From positions 999 through 64,998 of the forward strand of contig JABDGZ010000004.1 in the NCBI GenBank assembly GCA_013285735.1: DNA of 64,000 bases. The letters are read 5' to 3'. Source of the DNA: Candidatus Omnitrophota bacterium. Lineage in GTDB: Bacteria; Omnitrophota; Gorgyraeia; Zapsychrales; Fredricksoniimonadaceae. Of this stretch, positions 54,638 through 64,000 are shown one piece after another. Position numbers and translations under genes: made by a program. The notes under the pieces were generated by a model, which saw only the letters and a list, made by a program, of their open reading frames with translations, was not told where the DNA came from and ran no database searches. Each line of letters begins with the position of its first letter. Within the stretch, counting starts at the first letter, position 1.

Positions 54638-54936
54638 ATGGCTTTGACCAACCCAAGGATCTTTTGGAAAATCAATTCATCAAAACCATTGAGCTCGATC
54701 TTGTACCCATTGGGGGTTTCAATATGAAGATCCTTCAGGGTGGGGAATGAAGGTTTGATTAACCGAAGGAATCCTGGCTTGGGAGATTCATTACTGATTA
54801 ATCTTTTACGCCATGCATAAAAATTGCTTATGTTGATATTTTTATTCTTGCAGTATTGGGATATTGATAAACCGCTGGTAGGTTGGGCAAAAAGTATTTT
54901 TTGCCATTGCTTCTTTGATCGAAAAATTTTCTTCAT
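54634..54936 (-). CDS. tnpA: IS66 accessory protein TnpA
   Basis: SGLSISQYC...[11 protein letters not shown]; AGGAGG RBS; 4-nt overlap with tnpB. Confidence 0.9.
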   Translation of the reverse strand: MKKIFRSKKQWQKILFAQPTSGLSISQYCKNKNINISNFYAWRKRLISNESPKPGFLRLIKPSFPTLKDLHIETPNGYKIELNGFDELIFQKILGLVKAI

Positions 54937-54998
54937 CGACGTTCCTCCTATGAATTGTTATAATAATGCAATATTTTACCGCACTATTAAAATGATTC

Positions 54999-55023
54999 AT
55001 AGATGGATTAGTCGGACGGATAC
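54999..55023 (-). repeat. IS66 terminal inverted repeat (tnpA-proximal, IRL)
   Basis: GTATCCGTCCGACTAATCCATCTAT on the minus strand. Confidence 0.8.
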
Positions 55024-55026
55024 ATT

Positions 55027-58000
55027 TTGAGTGGAAATGAGAATTCAGAAAATAAATCTTCACGTTTACAATTCGTTGACATAGTGAATCCGACCCTTGT
55101 TACCCAAATATATCATGAGGCAAATAAAATAATTGGAAATGCCGCTAAATGGACTATTGCAAAACACAAGTTTTCTGAGTTCGATCCAAGAATATTAGAA
55201 GAATTAATGAAGCCAGAAAATGATATTTTGGAGAATATTTCTTCAACAGAGGTCCGTTTAAAGGCTAATTTAGACTGGAATAAACTTATTAGGATACAAG
55301 AAATTGCGGGAAGTGATTTTGAAAAAATTAGGGACATTTTGCAACAGTCCGAAGTGAGAACTGAATATAAATTTGAAATTAAAGATTTTGCTCCCAAAAC
55401 TCCTGATTATTCATCTTTTGAGGGTAAGACAATTGATAGTTTGAAAGAATTTGATGAATGGGCCCAAGTTTACGCACTTGCTTTTTTACCTGCAGCTTAT
55501 GGTGACCCGCAACTCATTGATAAATCGAGACAGGAAATTTTATCTGTAATTGATAAGGACCCAAGAAAGAGGGATCTTTGGTCAATGGTAAGAAATGGCT
55601 TCAATCAAATGACCTCTATTACTACTAAAGACACTGAGCGGAAATCACATTTGAAAACACATCTTGGCACTATTTTAGACGATAGAAAGGGTATTGAAGA
55701 AAAGCTTGAAGAATTGAATAATACTCGCACATTGCCGGAATTGGATGAAATGATAGCAGCAAATAATGTAATGTCATCGGTAGGGAATGGGGTGGTGACA
55801 AGCGGGGAAATAGGAAAAATTGCAGCGGGATTATTACCGGGATTGGCGTCTGGTTTAGGGGCTATTGATCAACCAATAGAATCTTTCGTTAATGCGGCGA
55901 TGAATGCAAGGGATCAGGCGATGACTGTGGTCGATCAAAGGGATCGATTGGTTCGAAATTTGAGAATCTTGTTAGAAAGGCCGGATGTTCAAATAGGATT
56001 AGGTAATCATGAGGCTGTTCGTTACATGTTAAATGGCGTAGCAAGTGCCGCAACAATAAATCCTGGTCCCGCTGCTGTTATTTCATTAGAAAGTTATATA
56101 AAAAAGATAGAAGATTTACTTATTCCAGTGAAACAAAAAATTGAGCTACTAAAGAAGCTTCACAACGAAAATCCTGAGGTTTTCAATGAAGTTGATCAAA
56201 TGGTGATGCTTGAGAATGAAGGATATTCTCCAAAAAAGAGATCGATTGTAAATAAATTAGATAAGGATGAAAATAGTTTTTTGTTTTCTAAGGTTACTAA
56301 GATTCTTGGAGCACGCATATATTATGTGGATCCAACTGTTAAAATACTTATGGCGCATTATGTTCAGGAAGAAGGTGCTAATAAAAGAATAACTTATCAA
56401 GAGCCAACTGCGCTTTTGTTTTCTACATCATCATCCGTCGCCAAGATACAGGCCCAAGCAGCGACACCGGCAGAATGGATTCAAAGGAATCATATGTATG
56501 TTATTGATGGTAGGGAGAAGTTTACAGATCTTGTGAGGTTTACAGAATATTTACTCAAGGCTTATCGAGCCAATCCACATATTCCAGTTGTAGGCTATTT
56601 AGATAAATGGTGTGTGCTTCCAACTCCTCTCGACTTAGTAAAGGAGCGTTTGATCGGTTCCAATGATGTTGTCCGTGCGCTTTCTGATGAAGCGGTAAGT
56701 CGTTCTAATAATATGCCGGTATCAAGTGACGGCATTTTCGATTTGTATTATTTTGCGTCTAAGCTTCTAGATGAAAGGCAAATAAGAGCAACACCTTTCG
56801 TTACGGGTGAATTTAAAGGCGTTACATTAACTGCAATTCGTGAATCGACAATAGAAAGCATTATCACTGAATATAATAAGGTGGTGGCCCGTCCGACAGA
56901 ACCCTATGCTCCTCAAGGCAGCATTGATGGTCAAGCAGCGACACCAAGAGAATGGATGGAAAGACATAATATTCAAATTTTAGAAGGCAGATCATTAAAC
57001 GGTATTAAAAGTGTTGAAGAATTGGCTATGATTTTAGTTCAGCAATTTCAAACCAGACAAAGGCCTGTTGCGGCTGAATGGGAAGGGACTTGGTTAATGA
57101 CAGATCCTTATTTATTCCTGGAGGCGGCTAATCTTGTTGACGTTGGTCAAAGAATGGTTTATGAATGGAGAGAGCGTAAAGCTCGTGCCACTGTTTTGGA
57201 TAGAGGCATTCCAGATTTGAATAATTTTGCGGCTACGTTATTGGATGAAAGGCAAATACGGGGCGATGTTGTGGTTAAAGGCGAATTTGGAGGGATTACT
57301 TTAGTAGCCAATGGACGCACAACGTTACGCAATATTATTCGTCAATATAATGTGGCGGTAAAAAGCATTCCTTCTGTTGGCCCTTTTGATAGTAGTCGCG
57401 AGGTAAAAAGCTTGGATGCATTGGTTAAACGGCATAATATATTATGGATTAACGGGAATGAAATTTTTAGAAAAAGAGGACGGCTGGGGAAGGCTGCTGA
57501 TATCATAGATTTCGCTTTGGATTTAATTGATTTTCAACGTCTAAATCCAATCCAGCCGCATGGCGGCACATGGAATGGGGTGAGCCTAATTTTAGATCCG
57601 TTTTACTTAATGGGGGTTAGCACAGTCGTTGCTAATAAAATTAAAACTCAATATGATCGTCGTTTTAGTAATGAGGAAGAGCCTAATAGACCTATGGAAA
57701 GCTTGTTAGATTTTGCCATCAGACTTTTAGAGGAGAGGGTAATAAGAAGAGATTCTTTCCCAAATGCAAAGCAATTTGAAGCTATCTATAAAGATCCGTC
57801 CGACCAATCTGATGATAAGGGCACCAGTTTAATAGTAACTCCACAATCAACAGTAAAAAGTATTATAGGTCAGTATAATAGAAAGAACCCGCTAAAGCCT
57901 TATACCCCTAACCATAACGAATTAAGAGTTTTTTATGAAGATAAAATGGGAACTGGCGGGATGGGTTTTATTAGGTTTTTACTTGAGGAATACCGATGGG

Positions 58001-58569
58001 ACCCAAGCAGGCCGGTTATTGGCCTAACGCATGGTAAATGGGTCACCCCAGAGCCTTCTGACTTGGTTGTCGATCCTTATTCCGCTGTTTCTAGAATTTC
58101 TAAGGAATTGGAAGATCGGATAAATAATAATCCTTTAGCAGATGACGGTATTGAAGACGTGAGGGATTATGCAGAGGAACTTCTTCATGAAAGAGATATG
58201 AGACAAACACAACAATCTGTTGATAAAGTTACATTTAAAGGCATACAATTAATAGTATCTCCACAATCAACAATAAATAGTATTGTCGAAGATTACAATC
58301 AACAAACTGCTCAATCTCCATCGGCGACAGATGATCAGGCGATGAAGGTCACTGAGAAAAGGTCTAATGGGCCAGGTGGTATCGATTTAAGCCCTGCTAA
58401 TAATGTTTTACAAACCCGAAATGCTGGCATAGGGATCAAATTTCACTTAGATGCTGCCCAGCTTGCCCAATGGCAAAAAGCCCCAGGTGTGATGATTGAG
58501 GATATTACTATCCAGCCGCTTAAAAGTCTTTCTGTCTTTCTTGGTCTACCTGACAGCCAACCTGTTTAA
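55027..58569 (+). pseudogene. Modular family member 4, N-terminally truncated at the IS end; four ~150-aa repeats and GGIDL C domain
   Basis: Frame is open from the IS end (55024); weak TTG start; no N domain; GGIDLSPANN...FLG tail. Confidence 0.65.
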
Positions 58570-60092
58570 AAGGTGGCCCTATCCAAACTCCTGTACCCAA
58601 CAGCTTCAGCAATATGCTCGGGCAAAATAATATCACTCCCCGACAAGTCACTTATAGTTCTGCTAACCTTGAGTATTTTATCGTGTGCCCTGGCTGAGAA
58701 TTTTAATTCTTCCATGGCCCTGATTAAAATTCCTTTAGCTTCTTTTGATAAAGAACAAAAATTACGTAGGTGTGAACTTTCCATGTGGGCATTGCACAAG
58801 ACGGGCAGGCCTTTAAAGCGTTGCCACTGTATTTGACGCGCCTGCGTGGTGCGTTCTTTGATCGTTGCGGAAGATTCTTCCGACGGAGCATCAACAAGTT
58901 CACGGGTTTTCAAGGGCAGGGCGTGCAGATGGATGTCGATGCGGTCTAGCAGCGGCCCGGAGATTTTATGCCGGTATTTTTCAACTTGAAGATTAGAACA
59001 GCGGCATGTTTTTCCAGGAACATCTTTGTATCCGCAGGGGCAAGGGTTCATGGCCGCGATGAGCATAAACCGGGTTGGAAAACGTAAACTCCCTCGAGAA
59101 CGTGCGATACTGACATAACCGTCTTCCAGGGGCTGGCGTAACACTTCCAGCACATGGCGATTGAATTCCAGGAATTCATCCAGGAACAAAACACCGTTAT
59201 GGGCGAGCGTCACCTCGCCGGGACGAGGTCCGCTGCCGCCACCGATAATAGCCACATCCGACGCTGTATGATGAGGCGCCCTAAAGGGGCGCTGGGTGAT
59301 AATGCCCTCAGCATTTTTTAGCAGGCCTGCGACCGAATGGATTTGGGTGGTTTGCAAGACTTCAGCAGGAGTCATATCTGGCAAGATCGTTGTCAGTCGT
59401 TTAGCTAACATGGTTTTACCGCTGCCAGGCGCACCGATCAAAAGCACATTATGCCCGCCGGCAGCTGCCACCTCGAGGCCCCGTTTAATATATTGCTGGG
59501 CTTTGACTTCGCTAAAGTCAAAATTACTGCGATGAGAATTTTTAAGCAGAACTTCAAAATTTGTCTCAACAGCACTGAGTATTTTGGAATCCATCAAAAA
59601 TGCCACAACCTCGTTGAGATGTTTGGCTGGAAAAACAGGACAGCCCGCCAGCGCTGCTTCTTTGGCGTTTTCAAAAGGAACAATAAGCCCCTGGCAATTG
59701 CTGCTGGCCGCGGCCAGGGCAACAGATAAAGCGCCCTGCACAGGTTGTATACGTCCATCTAAAGAAAGTTCACCTATAAAAGCGTAAGGATTTAAAGTCT
59801 CCGGGGGTATCAGGCCTTGGGCTGCCAGGACGCCCAGGGCAATGGCCAAATCATAACAGGGCCCTTGTTTTTTAGTATCGGCGGGTGCCAAATTGATGGT
59901 AATCCTTTGGGCGGGGAATTCAAAACCGCTATTTTTGATGGCCGCGCGAATGCGTTCACGGCTTTCTTTAACGGCATTATCAGGCAAGCCAACCACGGTT
60001 ATAGTGGGCAGCCCAGGACTTATATCTGTTTCAATACCAACAGGATAGGCTTCCAAGCCGCAAAGGCCAAACGAGGCAATTCGAGCTAACAT
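58566..60092 (-). CDS. comM: ComM/YifB Mg-chelatase-like ATPase
   Basis: VGLPDNAVKESRER, GAPGSGKTM, FRAPHHT, LAHNGVLFLDE, AMNPCPCG. Confidence 0.93.
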   Translation of the reverse strand: MLARIASFGLCGLEAYPVGIETDISPGLPTITVVGLPDNAVKESRERIRAAIKNSGFEFPAQRITINLAPADTKKQGPCYDLAIALGVLAAQGLIPPETLNPYAFIGELSLDGRIQPVQGALSVALAAASSNCQGLIVPFENAKEAALAGCPVFPAKHLNEVVAFLMDSKILSAVETNFEVLLKNSHRSNFDFSEVKAQQYIKRGLEVAAAGGHNVLLIGAPGSGKTMLAKRLTTILPDMTPAEVLQTTQIHSVAGLLKNAEGIITQRPFRAPHHTASDVAIIGGGSGPRPGEVTLAHNGVLFLDEFLEFNRHVLEVLRQPLEDGYVSIARSRGSLRFPTRFMLIAAMNPCPCGYKDVPGKTCRCSNLQVEKYRHKISGPLLDRIDIHLHALPLKTRELVDAPSEESSATIKERTTQARQIQWQRFKGLPVLCNAHMESSHLRNFCSLSKEAKGILIRAMEELKFSARAHDKILKVSRTISDLSGSDIILPEHIAEAVGYRSLDRATF

Positions 60093-60273
60093 AATTGGTC
60101 CAATAGGATGCGGGGGAGTTAGTGGTTAAGAGGCGCTGCTTAGGGGGTAAGCAGCTAAAAGCTTCACTTGCTTTTTTGGAGAGCAAGAATATAATGGTAG
60201 CCTAACATAAACAGAAATACCCGTCAAGTATCTGTAATTATGGTACTTTACGGTAACGAAAGAATCGTGACAT

Positions 60274-60735
60274 TTGTTAGGTTTATATCCACATTCGTTT
60301 TTTCCCGAGATTTTTCAAAACAGGATTCTTTTAGTCACCTTGGCTGTTTGGTTTCAAGCCCAATTGATCAAGGTCATTTTAGGGGTATTTAAGGAAAAAC
60401 GGTTTAATTTTCGCTGGTTTATTGGTACTGGCGGCATGCCCTCCAGCCACGCGGCCGGAGCATCAGCGTTGGCCACTTCAGTGGGATTGGAATATGGTTT
60501 TAACAGTCCTCTTTTTGCCGTGTCAGCTGCCTTTGCCATGGTGACGATGTTCGATGCCCAGGGAGTGCGCCGGGCAACAGGTTACCAGGCGACCATCCTT
60601 AATAAAATGATGGACGATATTTACTGGAAAGGCCAGATTGAAGAACAAAAATTAAAAGAATTAGTAGGGCATACGCCTATCGAAGTGCTCGCAGGACTTA
60701 TTTTTGGTGTGACGTGTGCCATGGTTTTATATTAG
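60274..60735 (+). CDS. Divergent PAP2 family protein (DUF212)
   Basis: GGMPSSH, DAQGVRR, GHTPIEV. Confidence 0.9.
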   Translation: MLGLYPHSFFPEIFQNRILLVTLAVWFQAQLIKVILGVFKEKRFNFRWFIGTGGMPSSHAAGASALATSVGLEYGFNSPLFAVSAAFAMVTMFDAQGVRRATGYQATILNKMMDDIYWKGQIEEQKLKELVGHTPIEVLAGLIFGVTCAMVLY

Positions 60736-60752
60736 ATTAAGGAGAGTCAGCA

Positions 60753-61577
60753 ATGAATCAGAAAGTTTTAATTGGTATTATAGCAGCCATTATATTGGCC
60801 GTCGGTGCTGTTGTTATTCTTCAACATCATAAAGCAGCTGCTGCTTCCAAAGATTCCGAAGAAACGAACGTTCCTGTTAATCAGCTTCTGGCCGAAGCAG
60901 CCCAGTACGAAGCCAGCGGAGATAAGCTTAAAGCCAAGGAAGCCTACGATCAGATCATTAGTAATTATCCGGATTATGATAACATTGAAGATGTCCAAAA
61001 TAAGCTTGGCGAACTGAACATTGATCTTATTTTTTCTCCCGCTCAAATGCCTCAAACAATTTCTTATGAAATCGTCCCCGGAGATTCCTTAGGCAAGTTG
61101 GCCCGAAAATTTAAAACCACTCCACAATTGATCAAAAGGGCTAATGGATTAAAGAGTGATGTGATACGCACCGGGGAAACATTGCGTATATGGACGGCAC
61201 CGTTTAATATTTTGGTTAACAAATCTCAAAATGTGCTGTTTTTAAAGTCCGGCGAAGAGGTTTTTAAGATTTATCACGTGTCGACGGGAAAAGACAATAT
61301 TACACCGGTGGGGACCTTTAAGATCGCCACCAAAATAGAAAATCCGGTATGGTTTAGAAATGGGGGAGCACCGATTCCCTCGGAAAGCCCGGACAATCCA
61401 TTAGGCAGCCGCTGGATGGGTTTTGATACAGACACCCATTACGGCATTCACGGCACCATCCATCCTGAAAGCATCGGACAACAGGTGACAGAAGGATGCG
61501 TGCGCCTGAAGAATTCGGATGTGGAAGAACTTTTTGATATTGTCCCGGTCGGGACTGAAGTGGTTATCCAAAATTAA
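60753..61577 (+). CDS. LysM-containing L,D-transpeptidase
   Basis: N-terminal TM, LysM (GDSLGKLARKF), YGIHGT...GCVRL. Confidence 0.9.
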   Translation: MNQKVLIGIIAAIILAVGAVVILQHHKAAAASKDSEETNVPVNQLLAEAAQYEASGDKLKAKEAYDQIISNYPDYDNIEDVQNKLGELNIDLIFSPAQMPQTISYEIVPGDSLGKLARKFKTTPQLIKRANGLKSDVIRTGETLRIWTAPFNILVNKSQNVLFLKSGEEVFKIYHVSTGKDNITPVGTFKIATKIENPVWFRNGGAPIPSESPDNPLGSRWMGFDTDTHYGIHGTIHPESIGQQVTEGCVRLKNSDVEELFDIVPVGTEVVIQN

Positions 61578-61592
61578 AAGGTAAGAATATTT

Positions 61593-62546
61593 ATGGCAAC
61601 ACTGGATTTTGAAAAGCCGATTATCGAGCTTGAAGATAAAATTGATGATTTACGCAAAATGGGCTCCAAAAGGGTGACTCTTGAGCCTGAGATCAAGCGC
61701 CTTGAGTCTAAGCTCGAGAAGCTTAAAAATGATATTTATAATAATATGACGTCCTGGCAGCGTGTGCAAATCGCGCGCCACCCCAAACGGCCGTATACCC
61801 TAGATTATATCCGGTTGATGACGGATGAATTCTTGGAATTGCATGGCGACAGGCTTTTTGCCGACGATAATGCTATGATCGGTGGTTTTGCCAAGATTGA
61901 CGGGCAGAAAGTCATGATCATCGGCCATCAAAAGGGCCGTGACGTTAAAGAAAATGTTTTGCGTAATTTCGGCTGCGCCCACCCGGAAGGTTACCGCAAG
62001 GCGATAAGGCTGATGCGCCTGGCAGCTAAATTTGGAGTGCCGGTCATCTGCCTTATTGATACACCAGGTGCGTATCCTGGCATTGGAGCAGAAGAACGCG
62101 GCCAAGCCCAGGCCATTGCTGAAAATTTGAGGGACATGGCTGGCATCAAAACACCTATCGTGGCCGTGATCATTGGCGAAGGGGGCAGCGGCGGGGCCCT
62201 AGGGATCGGCGTTGCTGACCATATTTTTATTTTGCAGCACGCCTATTATTCCGTTATCTCGCCCGAGGGTTGTGCGTCCATCCTGTGGCGCAGTTCTTTA
62301 AAAGCCCCTCTTGCCGCTGAAGCTTTGAAATTACATGGGGAAGATTTGATAAAATTTAATATTGTGGATGAGATCATCCCCGAACCTTTGGGCGGCGCTC
62401 ACCGGGATCCGCAAGAAGTCTCCCAACATTTAAAGGCAGCGCTCCTGAAATATTTTAAAAAAGCATCTGCGTTAAGTTCACAAGCGTTGTTAGACGCCCG
62501 CTACAAAAAATACCGGGACATCGGTGAATTCATCGAGAAAAAATGA
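61593..62546 (+). CDS. accA: Acetyl-CoA carboxylase carboxyltransferase alpha
   Basis: ARHPKRP, DTPGAYPG, GEGGSGGAL, ISPEGCA. Confidence 0.97.
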   Translation: MATLDFEKPIIELEDKIDDLRKMGSKRVTLEPEIKRLESKLEKLKNDIYNNMTSWQRVQIARHPKRPYTLDYIRLMTDEFLELHGDRLFADDNAMIGGFAKIDGQKVMIIGHQKGRDVKENVLRNFGCAHPEGYRKAIRLMRLAAKFGVPVICLIDTPGAYPGIGAEERGQAQAIAENLRDMAGIKTPIVAVIIGEGGSGGALGIGVADHIFILQHAYYSVISPEGCASILWRSSLKAPLAAEALKLHGEDLIKFNIVDEIIPEPLGGAHRDPQEVSQHLKAALLKYFKKASALSSQALLDARYKKYRDIGEFIEKK

Positions 62547-63589
62547 CCCTCCAGCCAGATATCCGTGATCTGTCTTTAGAAGAATTAACAGCCTATTTGA
62601 AATCCGTCGCTGCAGAGCCTTTTCGTGCCGAGCAAATTTTTCAATGGATCTATCAAAAGGGAGCCTGGGGTTTTGATGCGATGAGCAATATCCCTAAAGG
62701 GTTAAGGGACCGTTTGAAAAAAGATTTTGACCTCAAACCTAATGAAATTTCCCAAAAGTTAATTTCCGAGGACGGCACTACTAAATTTCTTTTTGATCTG
62801 CACGATCATGAAAAGATTGAAAGTGTCTTGATCCCCACCGCGACCAGGACAACAGCCTGTATTTCAACCCAGGCGGGATGTAAGTTTGGCTGTAAATTTT
62901 GTGCCAGTGGTATCGGCGGTTGGAAGCGTAATCTTAGCTGTGCGGAGATCGTGACCCAGGTTTTACACGTCAAAGAAGAAGCGTTAAAACATAAGAGACC
63001 GTTGACCAATATTGTGTTTATGGGAACGGGTGAACCTTTGGATAATTTTGTCAATTTGATGAAAGCGATCCGTATCATCAATTCAGGTAAGGGAATCAAT
63101 ATCGGGGCCCGCCATATTACTATCTCTACCGTCGGTGTTGTTCCCAAGATCAAAGAGTTGGCCCTTGAAGGCCTGCAGGTGGAATTGGCGATTTCTTTAC
63201 ATGGGTATGATAATCCCTCCCGTAATGTGCTTATGCCGGTCAATAAAAAATACCCCTTTGATGAGCTGATTGCGGCCTGCCGTGAATATGTCCGTTTGAC
63301 CAAACGTCAAATTACCTTTGAATATATCCTCATTAAGAATGTTACCTGTACGACTCACGCCGTGGCAAGTTTGAAGAAATCTTTTAAGGGAATCATCTGT
63401 AAGATGAATCTTATTCCTTATAATCCCGTTTCAGAATTTGGCCACCAAACACCGTCGAAAGAAGAAATGGTGGCCTTTCGCAATAGTCTTGAAGATAGTG
63501 GCGTTCATGCAACTATACGGACACCGCGCGGCAAAGATGTGAACGCTGCCTGCGGGCAGTTAAGGCATGCGGCAAATGCAATAGGCTAG
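62543..63589 (+). CDS. rlmN: 23S rRNA m2A2503 methyltransferase
   Basis: CISTQAGCKFGCKFCAS, MGTGEPL, AACGQL. Confidence 0.95.
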   Translation: MTLQPDIRDLSLEELTAYLKSVAAEPFRAEQIFQWIYQKGAWGFDAMSNIPKGLRDRLKKDFDLKPNEISQKLISEDGTTKFLFDLHDHEKIESVLIPTATRTTACISTQAGCKFGCKFCASGIGGWKRNLSCAEIVTQVLHVKEEALKHKRPLTNIVFMGTGEPLDNFVNLMKAIRIINSGKGINIGARHITISTVGVVPKIKELALEGLQVELAISLHGYDNPSRNVLMPVNKKYPFDELIAACREYVRLTKRQITFEYILIKNVTCTTHAVASLKKSFKGIICKMNLIPYNPVSEFGHQTPSKEEMVAFRNSLEDSGVHATIRTPRGKDVNAACGQLRHAANAIG

Positions 63590-63597
63590 ATCTTCTA

Positions 63598-64000
63598 ATG
63601 ACTCCGTATTATTTACTGCGATGGTTGATCCTCATCTTCTTAGGGCTTTTGGTTTACGCCCAGACCTTTCATTTCGATTTTGTTTTTGATGACTACATTT
63701 TCATTGTCAATAATCCTTTCATCAAGAATTTTAGCAATATCCACTTGATGTGGCAAACCTTTCCCAGGACCCGCTTTACAGGCATGTATTCCTTTGCGTT
63801 AAATTATTATTTCAATCAGCTGGCACCCCAGGGCTATCACATTTTTAATTTTATCGTGCATCTATGTGCAGCTTGGCTGGTATGGGCCTTGGCAGGTCTG
63901 CTTTTTAAAATTGTAAAAATTCCACAAGATTACGCAGCAAAAGAACTCCCATTTATCATTGCGGTGATTTTTTTAGTGCATCCCTGCCAAACTCAGGCCA
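63598..64000 (+). CDS. TMTC-like/GT-C membrane protein, N-terminal part (runs off the window)
   Basis: Manual translation: MTPYYLLRWL...FVFDD..IVNNP...GYHIFNFIVH...FLVHP. Confidence 0.75.
   Translation, partial: MTPYYLLRWLILIFLGLLVYAQTFHFDFVFDDYIFIVNNPFIKNFSNIHLMWQTFPRTRFTGMYSFALNYYFNQLAPQGYHIFNFIVHLCAAWLVWALAGLLFKIVKIPQDYAAKELPFIIAVIFLVHPCQTQA

Larger units (their letters stand above)
49212..55023 (-). mobile_element. IS66-family element carrying a passenger gene (5812 bp)
   Basis: tnpA-tnpB-tnpC plus a 1083-aa ORF between 25-bp imperfect inverted repeats (19/25 identical, first 9 exact: GTATCCGTC); no similar end seen directly after tnpC. Confidence 0.75.

Noticed and set aside
47208-58569. 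Classical polymorphic toxin-immunity locus (Rhs/CDI)
   Set aside because: No RHS/YD or haemagglutinin repeats, the C-terminus is conserved rather than variable, and there is no room for immunity ORFs downstream.
58566-60092. comM as a disrupted integration hotspot bounding the island
   Set aside because: comM appears full length. The TTAA stop overlaps at 47208 and 58566 also occur at 6712, so they are not convincing att sites.
60168-60273. Possible structured leader after a TTGCTT-N16-TATAAT promoter
   Set aside because: Only short imperfect stems and no recognisable riboswitch or terminator.

Overview
Bacterial chromosomal window of moderate-to-low GC, mostly housekeeping genes: trxB, korAB, bioB, thiC, trpBA, a beta-oxidation-like cluster, tal/tkt, tRNA-Lys, mtaB, dusB, a gshA/gshB/glutaredoxin/BolA cluster, ilvBN, comM, accA and rlmN. 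The host is tentatively Omnitrophota-like, which is an inference from gene content and a characteristic large-protein family. The main signal is a modular family of large, probably exported proteins with four members (14459-17023, 47208-49211, 49263-52514, 55027-58569). All four share a ~60-aa C-terminal 'GGI(D/N)L...LG' domain. The two intact members also share a signal peptide and a ~330-aa N-terminal domain ending PRKYFSGG. The middles are unrelated: coiled coil, GH26-like hydrolase, HEAT-like plus GNAT-like, and an unrecognised 4x repeat. These cargo blocks are often bordered by D-x-A-M motifs. One full-length member lies inside a 5.8-kb IS66-type element whose inverted repeats are at 49212 and 55023. 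Both element ends abut N-terminally truncated members of the same family in the same codon phase, with no target-site duplication. Other notable items are a candidate ~100-nt structured ncRNA (14308-14406), a BirA-like operator between bioB and a divergent unknown gene, REP-like palindromes that invade coding ends, many apparently leaderless genes and unannotated small ORFs. All calls come from reading motifs by eye; no searches were run.
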